Below the pieces are notes generated by a model. It was not told where the DNA came from. It did no database searches and saw only the letters and a program-made list of their open reading frames with translations. Shown here in pieces: positions 34,701 to 48,763 of a stretch of DNA of 64,000 nt. The DNA is from Ascidiella aspersa (taxonomy: Eukaryota): assembly GCA_963924565.1 (NCBI GenBank), contig OZ004609.1, positions 16,740,001 through 16,804,000 of the forward strand, written 5' to 3'. Made by a program: the position numbers and the translations under genes. Every line of letters begins with the position of its first letter. Positions within the stretch are counted from its first letter, which is position 1.

Positions 34701-37700
34701 GGGCAAAACCTGTGGTTTTCTACAATCATTCGTTACAAGGCACCGCTCGTCCTTTCCCCCACCGCAAGCCGCCAAACCACCAGGGGGATAATATATTTCA
34801 CTCCCCGGTGCGAAGAAAAACTTAGCAAATGTACAGGAAGTAGCTCGAGAGCAGCGCTCGACAGAGAAGCATACATTTTTAAAGCGTTTTGCTAATTGAC
34901 CCAAGGGCATTGCGTTCTCGCCATTTACGACACGTCCGGTCGAGCGTTTGTTGTCCAGCTTCACGGCCTCTGTGGACATCGTCTTAGCTGGCGAAACTAA
35001 TTGACCGATACCCAACTGGTTAGTTAGCGCAATGATGACGCCGCTGTTATCCGTTCTGTAAATTGCGCGATTGAAGAAAGCAATGTATAGCAGAGGATGA
35101 CACATTGACACAATGCCCTGGTGTAAATGCCACATCCTTGCCATGTACCTCTAATGGTCTCCCCTCCCGTGCTACCAATGTGGCGTCTGGTTGAGCTGTA
35201 AAAGCATTTACACGTGCGATGCTGCTACAAATCAGCGAACACTTACTGATTTATGTGTGATCGACCTCGGAAATTTCCCCTATCCTTCTGTTTTCGCCAT
35301 CAGCAGTTCGAGGCAAATTAATGCGTTTAAATGCAAAGGCGGACGCAGGGCGCATTAAAAACCTAATTAATATTATACCGAGATGGCGTGTTTAATTGAT
35401 GCGCTGCCTATCTTGCGTTTGTTACTTGTACTAAAAATAAGACCACCAAGCCCTAATGCGACTAATTAATTACAGGTGGCGTGTCATATGGCTATGATTT
35501 GTGTATAATGTATACATCCTTCTGTCCTGTGAGTTAGTTTTAGTGAATATTTTCGATTTATTTCATTATGGGACTTTCAGCAGGATGTCGATATATCTCT
35601 GCCTAATGGTTTTCTTACGATCATCGAGTTTTTGACAACAAGGTATTAGAAGATCAGCATCTGGTAAAATGACTTGTCGACAGATTTTCTGTTTTACTTT
35701 CAGTATTTTAATATGATTTTAGGTATCCAGAAGTTGCCAGAATAGTAAATGCTGTTAATTATATCGCGCGGTCGGTTTTAAAATTTATAACTAAAACAAT
35801 AGTTTCAAGCAAGGATATTCTTCACCTCAACTGCAACAAACACACCTCTTAACGTGTTTACAGTCGCGCTGAAAATGACTTGTTTTGCAATCGTGGGATT
35901 GTAGGATCTCTTACAACTGTGTTCATAAAACTACCTACCGGAAAGGGGGGATCCGAGAATTGTTTTTAACCCAAGTGCCACTTAATTACAAAGCCAAAGT
36001 AAATGGGCTGCCTAAGTCGACCCTGTAATGAGCATCAGTAAATCGATTAGACGGCCGTTTGCGGAAGGCTTTTTGCAAGTCGATATGGTCAGGTTTTGTT
36101 GATGCAAACTTTGTTTAAGATATATACGATGGATGTCGATGCTTAGTCCATTACACGTTATTGAGAATTATTGAAGAAAAGATAAACAAGATAAATTGTA
36201 GAACATTACAAACTTTTCAAGATGTAAAGAGATGAAGCGTTTGTAAATATCTATAGCAGATTTGTTAAACGATTGTGCGTGCGTACATTTGCCAATTCGA
36301 CTATTGCAGTGGTAAGTTTTAAGATTACTTATATAAATTAGTTCTTTAGGTAACAAGATTTTTGCACATTTAATTTGCATGCACTTATTAATTATGAAAT
36401 CATACATTAATAGCCATACACTTTCGAAGAAATTTTTATACTTCAGCAGTTTTTGAAGAAGGTTGATGCATTAAAACAGGGTAAAAACACTTTTAGGTAG
36501 GATACCACTTGTATTTGTTGAATATTTTTGTTCAAATTTGTTTTTGGTTAGTAATTTTTTACACCAACCCTTCCTTAAGTAATTTCAATTTAATATGCGA
36601 TAATGCAGTCTGCATGCTGTGATGAGTGCCCAAACAAGATTTGCATCTACACTGAAAACAGGTTCTAAACCACACGATTGCAAAGAGCACATCAAAGTAG
36701 TAACCCTAATTATGCCAACAGCGAAAATAGCACCGGTTGAGTCATAATAGTTTCTGGGGTAAAAACGAGAGTTAAGAAGCTAATTGTATATGCCGAAGGA
36801 ATTGGGGTGTTCGGGATCACTAAATGAATGTGCACATGTGCCCCGGACTTCCTTGTCCACTTGTTAATTCGTCGACGATCGATGTTTGACAAAGTCCTAA
36901 TTCGATCACGTCGCCCATCCGTGGAAGGCTGGCGTGGGTGCGATATGACCCAACCGGGTCATGTCCGCTCACCTGTGACGCTAAACGCTCACGGTCGGTC
37001 GGGCCTTGGCACTGCAACACTCTCTTAAGGCGGTAATCTAATAACATAGTCAAACAATCAAACAACGATGATAATTCACGAGCCACCCCTGCGGTTCGTC
37101 TCTCGCTGATGGCTTGAATTAGGAGTGAGGGAAACAGGAAGAGGCAGTCAGGATTTATCGGGATCTGAGAGGTTTGTGGGGCGTGTGTTTGACTGTTAAA
37201 CAACAATTACATTACAAGTGCCCATCACGCCAAACAACCGACATACTGTGGCGGTACAGCATTTGATTTGATTTGGCAATACTATATAACGAATACATGT
37301 TCATAGCATAAAATTGGCATTAACTTAATTACGACTAATTTATATGAATAATGCCATTGTTGTTGTTCTGCGTAACTAAACTAGATGTGTAATTTGATCG
37401 CCTACATTAAGTGCGTCCGTTAAAAAAAGCTTTAGTTTAGATAAATGTAGTTTCAATAGTTAGAATTATGCAAACTGAGTGTAGAAAATATTTTTGTTCT
37501 AGTTAATGTACAAGATATCACATTCATAACAAGGTAAAATTATTTATCCTTTTCCGCAACTAGAAGGTGTTGTAGTAAACAAGCCCCAAATCCCACCGGT
37601 GTGAGCTCTGAGCGACGACCCGCGACTAATTTCGAGCGCAAACAAATGCTTAAGACACATGCGTTCGAATGTGCTCAGTTTGAAGGCAGACGACTTCAAA

Positions 37701-40700
37701 GCGGGAAGTTACAGCTTGAAGTCGCCCACGGTATTCTCGCACCTCCTGCGGGTGCCAGAATAACGAAAATGACACCCTAGCAGGGATTGCATGTTGCAAA
37801 GCATTCCTCGGAGTGAGAAACGGGTATCCTCTGCCAGTGATGATGTTTACCGTTAGCGCTTACTCAGGGCAGCGTTTCAAGTCTCGCACCTGGGTTCCCG
37901 TCGCATGTGAGGCGTTCACTTACAGATAACAGACACATAGACCGTCAGGTGATTTAACGACTGCTGCCGATGACGGCCTTGTCTACATTCGCTACACGCG
38001 ATTTTACGCGGGAATCGACTCTTTTATCACGCTGTTTTAAAGGCGTCGACACTCGTCACCCGTAATATTATACTAGCGTAAACACGAAAATAATTTAGAA
38101 CATTATTTTCTTAAATTAAAGAATATAAAATGGAATTAATTCTCTTAATTTGTACAAAAGTTTTTTTACACATTGACCGCTAAAACTCATTGTTTGTTCA
38201 CAACTCTTATGTTTTCATGATGTCGTTCTCTTAAGACTGACTTCTCACGAAAGTGCACATCAGTGTCCCCGTTGGTTTACAAACTGCTTACAGCGATCAA
38301 CGAAACAGTTTTTTCGATAGCGGCGGATGAGAGGCATGCCAAACACTTCCTCCCTCCGGGTGCTACCAACGCCATAACCAGCCGCAGCAATTCAGCATCA
38401 ACAACGACTTGGCGTTCGTCTAACGGCGCACTTCAAGCCCCATCTATCAGCGCCCAGTACAACGTGCGGGGACTCTCATTAGCGCACTCGGAAACCAAAC
38501 GTGGGCTGATTCTTGCCACAGTTCCTGCCTTACGCACACATCAGGGATCTGCCAGAGCCTCGCAAGTTTCTTTTTGGGCCCATTTGCTTGTAAAACAAGC
38601 TGGGTGGCAGACCATTAGCAGATGGTGATAAATGATACACGAGAATTATTTTCGGCTTTTGTTTCTGAAGCCGTTTTTGCCCGGCGCCTTCTGCCGGGCT
38701 CTTGAAACCGTCTGCTTCGGAAAACTTTTGTTTTTTGTCTGTTCTGTGGGTGCGATTTACCTGATTTACTTTATTGTGTTGACGTAATGTAGCAGTAATG
38801 CCTTCCTATGAAAAACTTTTTACAGGTTCAGAGTGAATGCAAACGAATGGCAGATTGTTTCTTTAAATATTTTTATATAATTTTTGTCTAAAAACACTCG
38901 TAAAGAAATAGAGTAAACAAAATTAGGTGTCTAATGTCAAGTTGTGAGTTAAAAAGTCAATTCAAATTGTGTGTACGGAAATTATATAAAAAAAACAAAA
39001 AAACACTACGAATTAAAACGGAATAACTGCGAAACTTAAAAAGCCAAAATATAAAAATGCTATAATGTATATCTGATTTGTCCTTTCTATAAAAAAGTGT
39101 CATTTACGATAGCCACAAAAAATTGATGTCTTACAGAAAACAGGAATAAAACCCAATGTGGTATTATTTGTTCTGTACAAGAGGGTGCCCAAGAAAAAGA
39201 TTCAACGTCTAACTGAAAGCCCTTGTCTGATTTTTACGCTTACTGAATCCTGCACCTGTACTATCGTAGTCGATGTTTGCTGGCGTCTGTAATGTCACCA
39301 CTCGAGACGACACAATAAAAGTGGGTAAACTTAGTTTTATTTGATTTTAACAGCTTGAAATTTTTTGGAGGAGAAATATAATGAGTTTTATTTATGACTA
39401 TTTATCCAAACGCAAACATTTCGAAACTGTTTTGGTTAAACTATAGTCATTTTTATATGCCTTTTTGGCGTGAAATATACACAAATAAATGCATTCATCT
39501 TTTCCGAGCAAATAATAATATATTTTGCATGTTTAATAAACAAATATAATGCGATAGTTTTGGTTCTTTTTTTCAGATTTCACTACCGAAACTGGGTGCA
39601 ATTTTACAAATATTATACGTTATTTTTATTCACATGGGTCATGGGTGTATTGTTAAATGATCGTTCACGTCGATAAGGGAATTGATCGAAATGACCGTCA
39701 ATTAAAATTTTCAATTGTATTTTCCATCTTCGTTTCGGCGAGAAGTTTATGCGTGTAAGGGGTATCGCCAGCTTTTACCGGCAACTGTATCCGACCGATG
39801 GTTCCCTGGGATCCATAATATCGATGCCCCTGTCACAACTAATTGTCAATGAAAACAAACTTGGGTCGGTGAGATTGATTCGGAACGTACAGCAGCAGCT
39901 AACAGATACCGATATCAGCGGTGAACTAAAATGGAAAATACGTAGCTGTCACAGTAGCAACGATGTGGGAAGGCGTCATCTGAAATAAATATGCGCACAG
40001 AGCAGTTTTTGTTATCAAATGCTTCTTGACACATATCTGCAAACTTTCACAGGGGGCTTGGATTCCAAAAAGCCGCGACGGCACAAAGAAACTTAATCTC
40101 AAACTGCTGTGCTGAGGATAGGATCCTAAAAGCTGCGCTATTTTCCTTAATAAATCATTTTTTAATAAAAGCGGTTTAATTTAGTTTGGTAACGCTGCAA
40201 TATGGTGTCATGTCAGCTCGCATCGGTCGGGGGTCTAACTTAAGTCGCGAGAGATAAGAGGATATTCTGTCATTCAGGCCTTATATCCCTGTCGCGGTCG
40301 CGCCTTTGTTTTTCAATCGTGGGCGATAGTGTCAGCAAAGTCATGTTTGATCTTTTGTTTGTCGCCATATCGAAACCGACGTACACAATCGCTCGTCGCG
40401 CGACTATATGGAAAACGAGAAATCATCTCCCTCCTTGTTTAATGGAGGCATGGGAAACGCAACGGGACACTGCGCAGGCCTGCATGACGGCTCCTGTATC
40501 GCGACAAAGCATTGGCACCCGACACAAAAACAAGAAATAGCTTTTGGGCTTTGTGCTTTGAAGTTGTTCTAAAAAGTTGCCGCGCTGTGCTGCAGTGCGC
40601 TACCACCTGCTCTCTCTTTCATTAAGCGCCTAGCTAGATCTTTCAGATGATTAACAACACCGACTTGTGCTTACAGGGGCGCTTGAAAAACACGGAAACG

Positions 40701-42117
40701 ATTTCAAATGACATTCCGGAGATTTGCTACGCGACAAGCAAACAACGTGGTTTAAATGGCGTAGAAATTGATAAATAACTGCGTGTAAATGGTTTGTTGT
40801 ATACGTAGGATTATTACGAAGGCAGTTTTTTGGTAAACATTTTCGAATAAAACTATATTAAAATCCTGTCCCTCTATCGCTTTAATATTGTTGTTTTAAT
40901 ATTATTTACAATTTGCCGACTGGTTGCTTCAGGGATTGTTGTGATCTAAAGGCAAGTTCAGGGCCTATGTTAGTTTAATTTGCAATTAGCGTCGTCATCG
41001 TTTCACCGCGGATTTTTGTTTAGGGTATTCAACATGACGTTACAAATTGTTCTGTCGAGCTTCGATCATATGCTGTCTAAGATAAGGGTCTCAAATAGTG
41101 TCGGTTTAGCTGCAATCAAGCCCTACATCCTATTCCCGTATCTGGTGCCACTTAGCAGCATGACAGGCGAACTAGAAAAGGTTTTGTTGGCGATAGACAA
41201 AGCCCTTGTAAGACACGAGCTACCCTTTTGAATAGTCACCGAATGGAGATAAAGAGTTTGCCCAGTCATTGTACTTCACTTGAAGGTATTTGCACGGATA
41301 CGACATAAACAATTTGTTTAAAAGCAGGCCCAACGAAAACACGTTATGACAGATTACTTTATAAAAACGATTGTAAATGCAAGTTTGAGCTAATAACAAG
41401 ATATTTCAGTTAACAAAAAAATAATTTCAAATTTTGTCATACCTACCCTTGCTGATAAATATTACAAAGACGTTTTTTGTTATCTTTGTTTTAAAATTTG
41501 GTAAAACAATTTAAATATCTTGGCGCTATACAGCGGATCTCGGGCCAATAGATGACTTTCAATGGTTCAACATTATATTTTTTAATTGTTTATACGAAAC
41601 AGAAAACTGTTTACCCACTATTAAACTCTTTCTTTGTATAAAAAGTCTTGATTTTGTTTAACGCTAATTATATAAATAATCTGAAAGCCTCTAGGCATAG
41701 GTAGTGGGTAAGGCGAGAACCGATTATAGAATTACTTTGAGCGCCTTATGATTAAAACAAGTTCAAGTACTTTTCTGTTCATACCCTACCCAGCAAAGTA
41801 ATGTATTCCCCCACCGATTTTAGGTGATTATAATATTATGACTTTTTTGTCATGTCCGATTTAAGTTGAGTTGATTATTCGCTGAACGTGTGATGTAAAT
41901 TAAAGGAAAATAAGTCTGGCTGCTTCCATTCGTCATCGATTAAAGGAATTGAAATTGATATCCGGTAAACAACAATAAGCTGTTTGCTTAAAGTCACGAT
42001 GCCAAATACGCATTTGCTTTTCGTGCAGTTGCTGTAGCCTGAAATGTTTTTGCGATATTTCAGATCTCAATATTTTTAATAATATTTATGCGATTTTATC
42101 TATTGTTAAAAGTTGTG

Positions 42118-42148
42118 TTGTTGACGCCTGTGTCTTGTTGACGCCTGT
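42118..42148. repeat. Short direct repeat TTGTTGACGCCTGT x2
   Basis: Directly visible. Confidence 0.7.
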
Positions 42149-45100
42149 TAAAAGTCGTTTAAATAGTATACAACCAAGTTAAAAAATCGAGAGCGGATGT
42201 TCGGCTTGTAGCGGCGATGCAAGCTGTTGTGAAGTATAACAGCCATTGGCACGTGAACTTAAACTGGATATAGTTAGAGTACTATGAGGGTTTTCTGAAA
42301 GCTGTAAGCGAGCGTTTGAGTAGGCCTACTACGCAAGCAACTTAATCAAGCGGTATATTATGTAGCATTATTTCAAATTAAACAAGTAAGCTGTTTCACA
42401 CCAGTTTAATTACATAACAGTGTTTAGTTCTATTGTAATTTTATGTTTGAGGTATTTTCCCTGTATAGCATATATCGTCACATGGCAAAGCAGCAACAGC
42501 CTGTTTCTTGTTAAAAGAAACAAAGTGATTTGTGTCACTGATGTGATAGCCCCAGTGCTGTGGGAATAAATATTTGGTTGCTGTTACAAAAACGTCGTCG
42601 CGCTTGTAAGCTCGCCGGGTACATGGGCGGAACAATGGCAATCTGGGAGTCTGTAGGTGCAAGGCCTTTGTCTTAATCGTGTCGAGCATGTATCGTCCGC
42701 TTTCAAGGCCCTGTTAATGGAGTGTCGTGTGACCAGAAGCCGCTATAGCCCGGGCGACCTGAAACATGCGCTCGCTTCTGGCAACAAATACGAAGCGCCA
42801 TTCATCCTATTGTCCGTTGATGGCCCGCCACATCCGAACATGTATCTACTTTCTGACTGTGATTAGAGCCTCCCGTTCACAGAACGTCATAGGTAGTCAA
42901 TCCGACGCTGCTGTGTGGAGTTTGCTTGTTATTAACCTCGTCTCTGCTCGTCTTATGTTAAACGCCAAACAGCTAACGCCCATTGATGGGTTGTTCTGGA
43001 ACACAGAAAACGCCTGTTTCGCCCGCCATCAAAACACCGTCACAAAGACCCCCGCGTAAGTGGAGATTGGTCAGATGCCATCTACAGCGTCATACAAGAA
43101 ATCGGTTAAGTTACCTCTACTCACATACATGTGGTGAAAACTTCTTTCTCTTCAGGCGGAATAAATGCCAGATCCCATGTTAATCAGCGATTCCGTTTGT
43201 AATTAGAAACGCACTAAACAACGCACTACAAGAATTTTGTAAAATTAACGCGAGAGAGTTGTTGATTAGGCGGTCTATACCTGCCAACTTACATGCTATA
43301 TAAAGTGGTTTGATTTGGCAAAACCCGCATATCGTAAAATAGAAATGCACTTTTGCAGTGTATTAAAACCCCGAAATGAAAATATATTTGCAAAACCATT
43401 GTATTTTTATGGCAAAGCTATTCAATGGTTTATATATTTGAGGTTTTAAGACAATATTTTTGTTAATTTATTTTACAACGGCAATAGATTGCGCTTAATA
43501 AATAACATAAGCACGGTCTAACATTGTGAGACAAATCGTCGTGGGTGTACAACCAACCATACGTGGCAGGGCCAGTGTTCTGTTTTACGCGAAATCCGAC
43601 TCGCGTCGCAACGAGATCCTCCTCCCACTGAACCCCTGTTCCCGACATGTTTACAACACATGACAATATAGCAACGCAAGTCAAAGAATACCAATGTTGA
43701 CGTCCAAGCGAAGCGCACGTGCTGAACAAAAAACTGAGACCAACTTGAGGAGATTCCAATGCTTGTCAAGATATTTAAAACGCCGTAACCTAGAAATGAA
43801 CCTACTATTGCAAAAAAGTCTTTACTGACATTGTATAACGAACAATTTTAGTGTTGGCTACCAGCGCCATTTTCATTGTTTGAAAGTCTGTGCTAAACAG
43901 TTAAACAAGCCTTTATTAGTTTGATAATAATGCGATACGTTTCTAACCATCGCAAAGTTTTGGTTGGATGGCACATCAGCACTACAAGGCATATGCTGAT
44001 TTGACTTCGTTTTCACAGCTCCCCTAAGGTGGAGAGACGCTACTTGGGCAATTCGGATGTGGCTTGCATGGCTTTGGCTATAAAGTAAAGCGAAAAAGGG
44101 TTGGGGTCTGGCAAATTCGAAGTAAACCTGCCGTCGTCGCGTAGACTATTTGGAATGTAAACGGTTGCTTCAACTAAGTCTTTCTATCGTTAGAACCACA
44201 GAATCACAGCGACGTTTCGCCGTAAAAAGGCTACAGTTTGCATTTGCAACGATTTCCGCAAAATTTTGCGCTGATACTAAATACAAAGTGTCAGGTTAAC
44301 TACAAAACGCAATACAGACAAAACTGCAGGAATGATAAAGTTGTGGTTTAGTTTACGTGAACAAAGCTGGCACATGGATAGCCAAAACGAAACTTGAATT
44401 ATTTTATCACTGTTCAATCTATGTACACCAAGCTTAGTTTAGCTTACATGAAACTTTTATAGTAACCCAAAAGAACCTTATATTTGTGGTAATTAATTGT
44501 GATTGATATAAAGGCTTAGTTTAGCATGTACTGTACACTGATAATGAAAAAATTGTACCACCATTTGTCCTTATAGCATCGATTGACTTACTAAGTGATA
44601 CCAGTGGCTTTATGTGTCGATCATATGAGCTTTGGAGCGGTTCACTAAGCGCAGGAGTGAAATACAAGGAGCTAAGAGCAGCAAAGTAAGCAACAGCAGC
44701 TGATGAGACTTCGTTGCGCGGTTGACGACGATTTAACTTTGTTTAAAACTTGTTGAACGACCTCGAAGGCTTAAAACAACAATTTGCTAAGTTTGCAACC
44801 GAACGCTTTCAGTTGTCAGGGATAAACGACAAAACCATTGCTGAATCATGTTTTCACGAGGAAAATGATATAATCAACAGCGGGGATGTAACATTTTTTA
44901 TTTAATAACTGTCAGTTATACGTCCGAGTGGAACAGTTTAAAGCATTTTTTAAGCAGAAACGTATCGTCTACTCGGTAACTGACCCTTTTGAATTTTTTT
45001 GCATTTGGAGAACGATTACTATTTGGTCTATAAATATTTCTGAGTTCATATCGGCCAAAAGCAATTACCTGAAATCCTTGCCGTGAAGTTTTGCCAAAGA

Positions 45101-46771
45101 GCTAGATTTTTGACGACAGACGCGTGCTTTTCATATATAAATGCTCTCTTCCCATCATTCACGCAAGGAACGCTATGCCGGTGTTGGGTAGTTCGTTATC
45201 TCAGACAGGCAGAGGTCTGCAGCGGCGTAGCCTGCTCGAGTTAAATGGGCCGCGACAGAAATGGCTTGGATTACGGTGCAGGTCACTGCTGAAACATACT
45301 ACTCAAAATTTTCAGCTTTGCTTGTTCGCGTGTTTAACGCCCATTCGGGGCTTCCGTGTCAGTAATGGGCTATTTTGGCAATTTTGTTGACTTTCTAAGG
45401 CTTGTCTGCTAAATCTGCCTTCTGTGTGTAAGGATTTAAGCATGTCGCTTTCCCGGATTGCCCACGGTTATTTAGACTGTATTGTGTGAAGCGGCGTCGA
45501 CTATTTACTGAAAAACAATATCTTCTTACGGCATGTTTTACCGGTATGATAAATGTCACCGGAGTAGTATGCCCTCTTTGCTAATACCGCCTTTAGCGAC
45601 TCACTTGCGACATGTCGTGGTAATTTTTTAACATTCTGGTTGGTGCCTGTGAGTAATCATCCTACAGAAATGATACATGATTTAGAACAAGACACACGGA
45701 TATGTGAGTTGCGAATATATATTTTTTACCTTGAAATTCTCACAAAACCCAGGGAATATTAACCAGTCGGTGACGTTCTTGTGAAGCGACTAGCCGCTGA
45801 TTTTAATAAAAACAAAGCATCGTACTCTTGATACATAGATCGGTCGAAACATGACAAACGAGGAACGGATTAGGAAGTGTAAGCGCACAAGGGAAGTTGT
45901 GTATTAGACAGTACAAGGCTTGCGGATGAACGTGCTCCTCGTCTAGCTCCTTAACCGAGTGTATTATGTCCTGTGCGGAGAAAAAAGTCGCATACGTTCG
46001 TTGCGAAGTTGCTGCTGCCTGCAGTGCTAATATTTTGCTGTTAGATGGCTAGAAATTTTGAAGAAAGTGGCACACGTTTATTGTCGAAGATTAATGGTCA
46101 CTAATGGCTGTCGATACGTTAAATGAAGTATTTCCCCACCGACAAAGATTTACAATGCTATTCGAAAACACCAAGAAAAGTGTTAAATGGCTATTGCTTT
46201 ATTTCACGATTTTGTTTATTAGTTTGTGCCACCCGTGACTAAAATTTTCGTGCAAGAAATAACACCGCGTTTTGCCGAATTAATCAGTGAAAACAGATAC
46301 ACTAAGAACAACGAAAGACGTGATTGTGTATGATCAAGCATGCGGCTGCATGCTGTCCCGTAGTTCCTTTGTGTTTGCCTGTGATGTATTGTAACTCGTT
46401 TAAGCTTTCTCCTCCCCTCCTACCAACAGCCAGAGCAACATGGAAATGTCGACAACGTGCGTTGTAAGTCTTCTGTGTTTATGTTTTCGTTGTATACTCA
46501 TACCGCGCCCGCACGCTTCCGCATGCACTTGCGCCCTGTTAACAGCACGCCGTAACCGGCTTTATGTATCCAGCTTACTCTTCTTCCTTGTTGTTTTTTT
46601 TTTCACACCGACTTGGATTAAAACTCTCCGACCTTACAAATTACGTAATTTAAAACACATAAGATCTAGTAGTGTATGCCAACAATATATTCATTTGTTA
46701 ATATAACGTTTTCTGTCCAGCAAAACCTATAATAAGATACTGATAACCGCAGCAAAACCTAACAACTGGAT

Positions 46772-47189
46772 CAGTTGTTCTTAACCAGGGTTCGATCAAA
46801 CCCCTAGAGTTCGACGGTGGCTGTTTTAAGAGTTCTAAAGAAACCTCAATTGAATCATTAGCGCACGGCCTACTTAAAGCTATTTTTTAGCGTTAGTGTT
46901 AAAAAAATTAAAGTTAATGACAAATAAAATATGTGATAAACTCTGTAAAATGCAATTTTTACTAAATGACACTATAAATGTCGTAATTTCGAGCAATATA
47001 TGTGCCAAGGCTGTTTTTTGTTCACGAGTTTGCTAGAGAAACAACAGGTGTTTTTTTAATTAATCGATTTGTAACGTCACGTTCGATGTAACTTTGGGAC
47101 GTCATACCTGGGAACTTTCTTTTGGGGTTCAACAACCGTTTGCAGGATAACTTAAGTGTTCAGCAGTTTGGGAAAGGTTATAACCACTG
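46772..47189. mobile_element. Older hAT MITE, 418 bp, ~1.6 kb upstream of the Irx-2 start codon
   Basis: TIRs CAGTTGTTCTTAACC / GGTTATAACCACTG (same TIR family as 957-1640), with subterminal GGGTTCG-like motifs. TSDs AACTGGAT / AACTAAAT differ by 2 mismatches. Confidence 0.75.
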
Positions 47190-48471
47190 AACTAAATGAT
47201 GTTGACTTCTCTAGATAAAGTAAAACGACTGCACAAATAGCATAAAACTTCTTAGGCTTCGCATCGCAATCACGTATTATGTCTAAAGCTGTTTTCATTC
47301 CGTTTCGACAGACAAATGCAAGAGCAACAGTATGGTGTTTCAAGCGACCGACGAAAAGCAAGCGCGAACAGCCGAACATGCCCTGTGCCGTAATTTCCGG
47401 CAATATTTCGGATCAAGCGATCAGTTGTAATACTGTCGCGCTGCTTGAAACATTGTATATTTTAAACCAAGAGTGGTGGGCTGGTGTGTTTACATGCAAG
47501 GCGATTAACCATAATAATATTCCACAGTCAAACGTGTGGGGACAATAGGGTGTCTAGACGAACTAATAGTCAGATGCTAAGGAAGTTTAGTATTGTCAAT
47601 TCTATGAGCCCGAGGTTAAAAACAATGGTTGTTAAATGACGACATCAGCAAGTTTTGATCACCCACAGTTGCTTTGCTATTATAACAAGCGAAAAGAAGA
47701 ACATACATTTGAAATGCAAAATTTGAGAAAATGTTTATTTGGCAGTTGGTGACAAGCAGGTCCAAATTAGCTTAAATTTTTGCCTATTCTGTCACCTCCT
47801 GTCAAAAGTGTTGCTTTGTTGCCATTCAGTTGCAGTTATTAATTCTAAGTAATTGTGTTTAGTTTACACCTGATCATGGCAAGGATCGTATATGTAATTT
47901 ATCGCACAAAGTGTCGCTATATTTGTTTCGCAATCGACCTACACTATAGCCTATAAAGAAGTTATCAACAAACAATTTAAATTGAGCGCCCATGGATACC
48001 ATGCCCTTATAGTTGAGAATAAAAAATGCAAAAAATAGTTCCATCCTGAATGTTCATTATTGTAAGCATCAGAGGTTGTCCGCAGAAAAAAAAGCCGCAA
48101 AGGCTCCACTAAGCATGGGGCGGGCTGTCAGGGCTCGAAGAAACTCCGCTATTTCGATGCCAGACATTAACAAGCTGATCGCGACGTGCCATACCGCCAC
48201 GTTTAGCTGTTCAGATTGTAGCGACTTTGTATAGATGAAACTGCGGAAGCACATAGTGGCATATTGAGGCCCGTTGTACAATCGACATTGTTATTTACTC
48301 ATACGAGTGAAAACAGATGGGCGAAAACAAGTTGAGTGATTTTTTAGCTTCAGAGAAGTAAAACATTTATTTTGTAAAAGCACTTAGTGGTTGTTCTAAC
48401 GTAGTTTTCAGACAGGTTTTTACTCGGTTCTATGCTTTATTATGCGTGAAACTTTAAATGGCGCCAGGTCG

Positions 48472-48479
48472 TATAAAAG
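48472..48479 (+). promoter_or_regulatory. Candidate TATA box upstream of Irx-2
   Basis: GTATAAAAGGG preceded by GGCGCC, ~290 bp upstream of ATG 48764. Motif evidence only. Confidence 0.3.
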
Positions 48480-48763
48480 GGTTTCTTTTTTGACATTTTT
48501 GACTTTGTTTTTTTTTTTCTGGTAAATAACTATTAATACTACCTGCAACGAAATGTAGCGCAGTCTAGTGCTTACAATCTTCCATCTAGAACGAAAATAT
48601 GCACATTACTTATGGTATTGTCGGAGAAAGTGCCCTTAATAGGATAAATAAACGATTAACACTGTTGTCTTTTTTTTCTTTTAGATATATAAGAGTTAAT
48701 AAAAACTGAAATCGACTGTTTATTTCATATCGAAGCTGGAGGTTTCGCAGAACTGTGTCAGAA

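Noticed and set aside
33602-35144. 183-aa and 162-aa minus-strand ORFs
   Set aside because: They fall in GC-rich non-coding blocks where stops are rare, and show no domain or coding-like composition.
41705-41793. Imperfect inverted repeat TGGGTAAGGCGAGAAC / GTTCATACCCTACCCA as a small MITE
   Set aside because: Only about 12/16 matches and no TSD; too weak to call.
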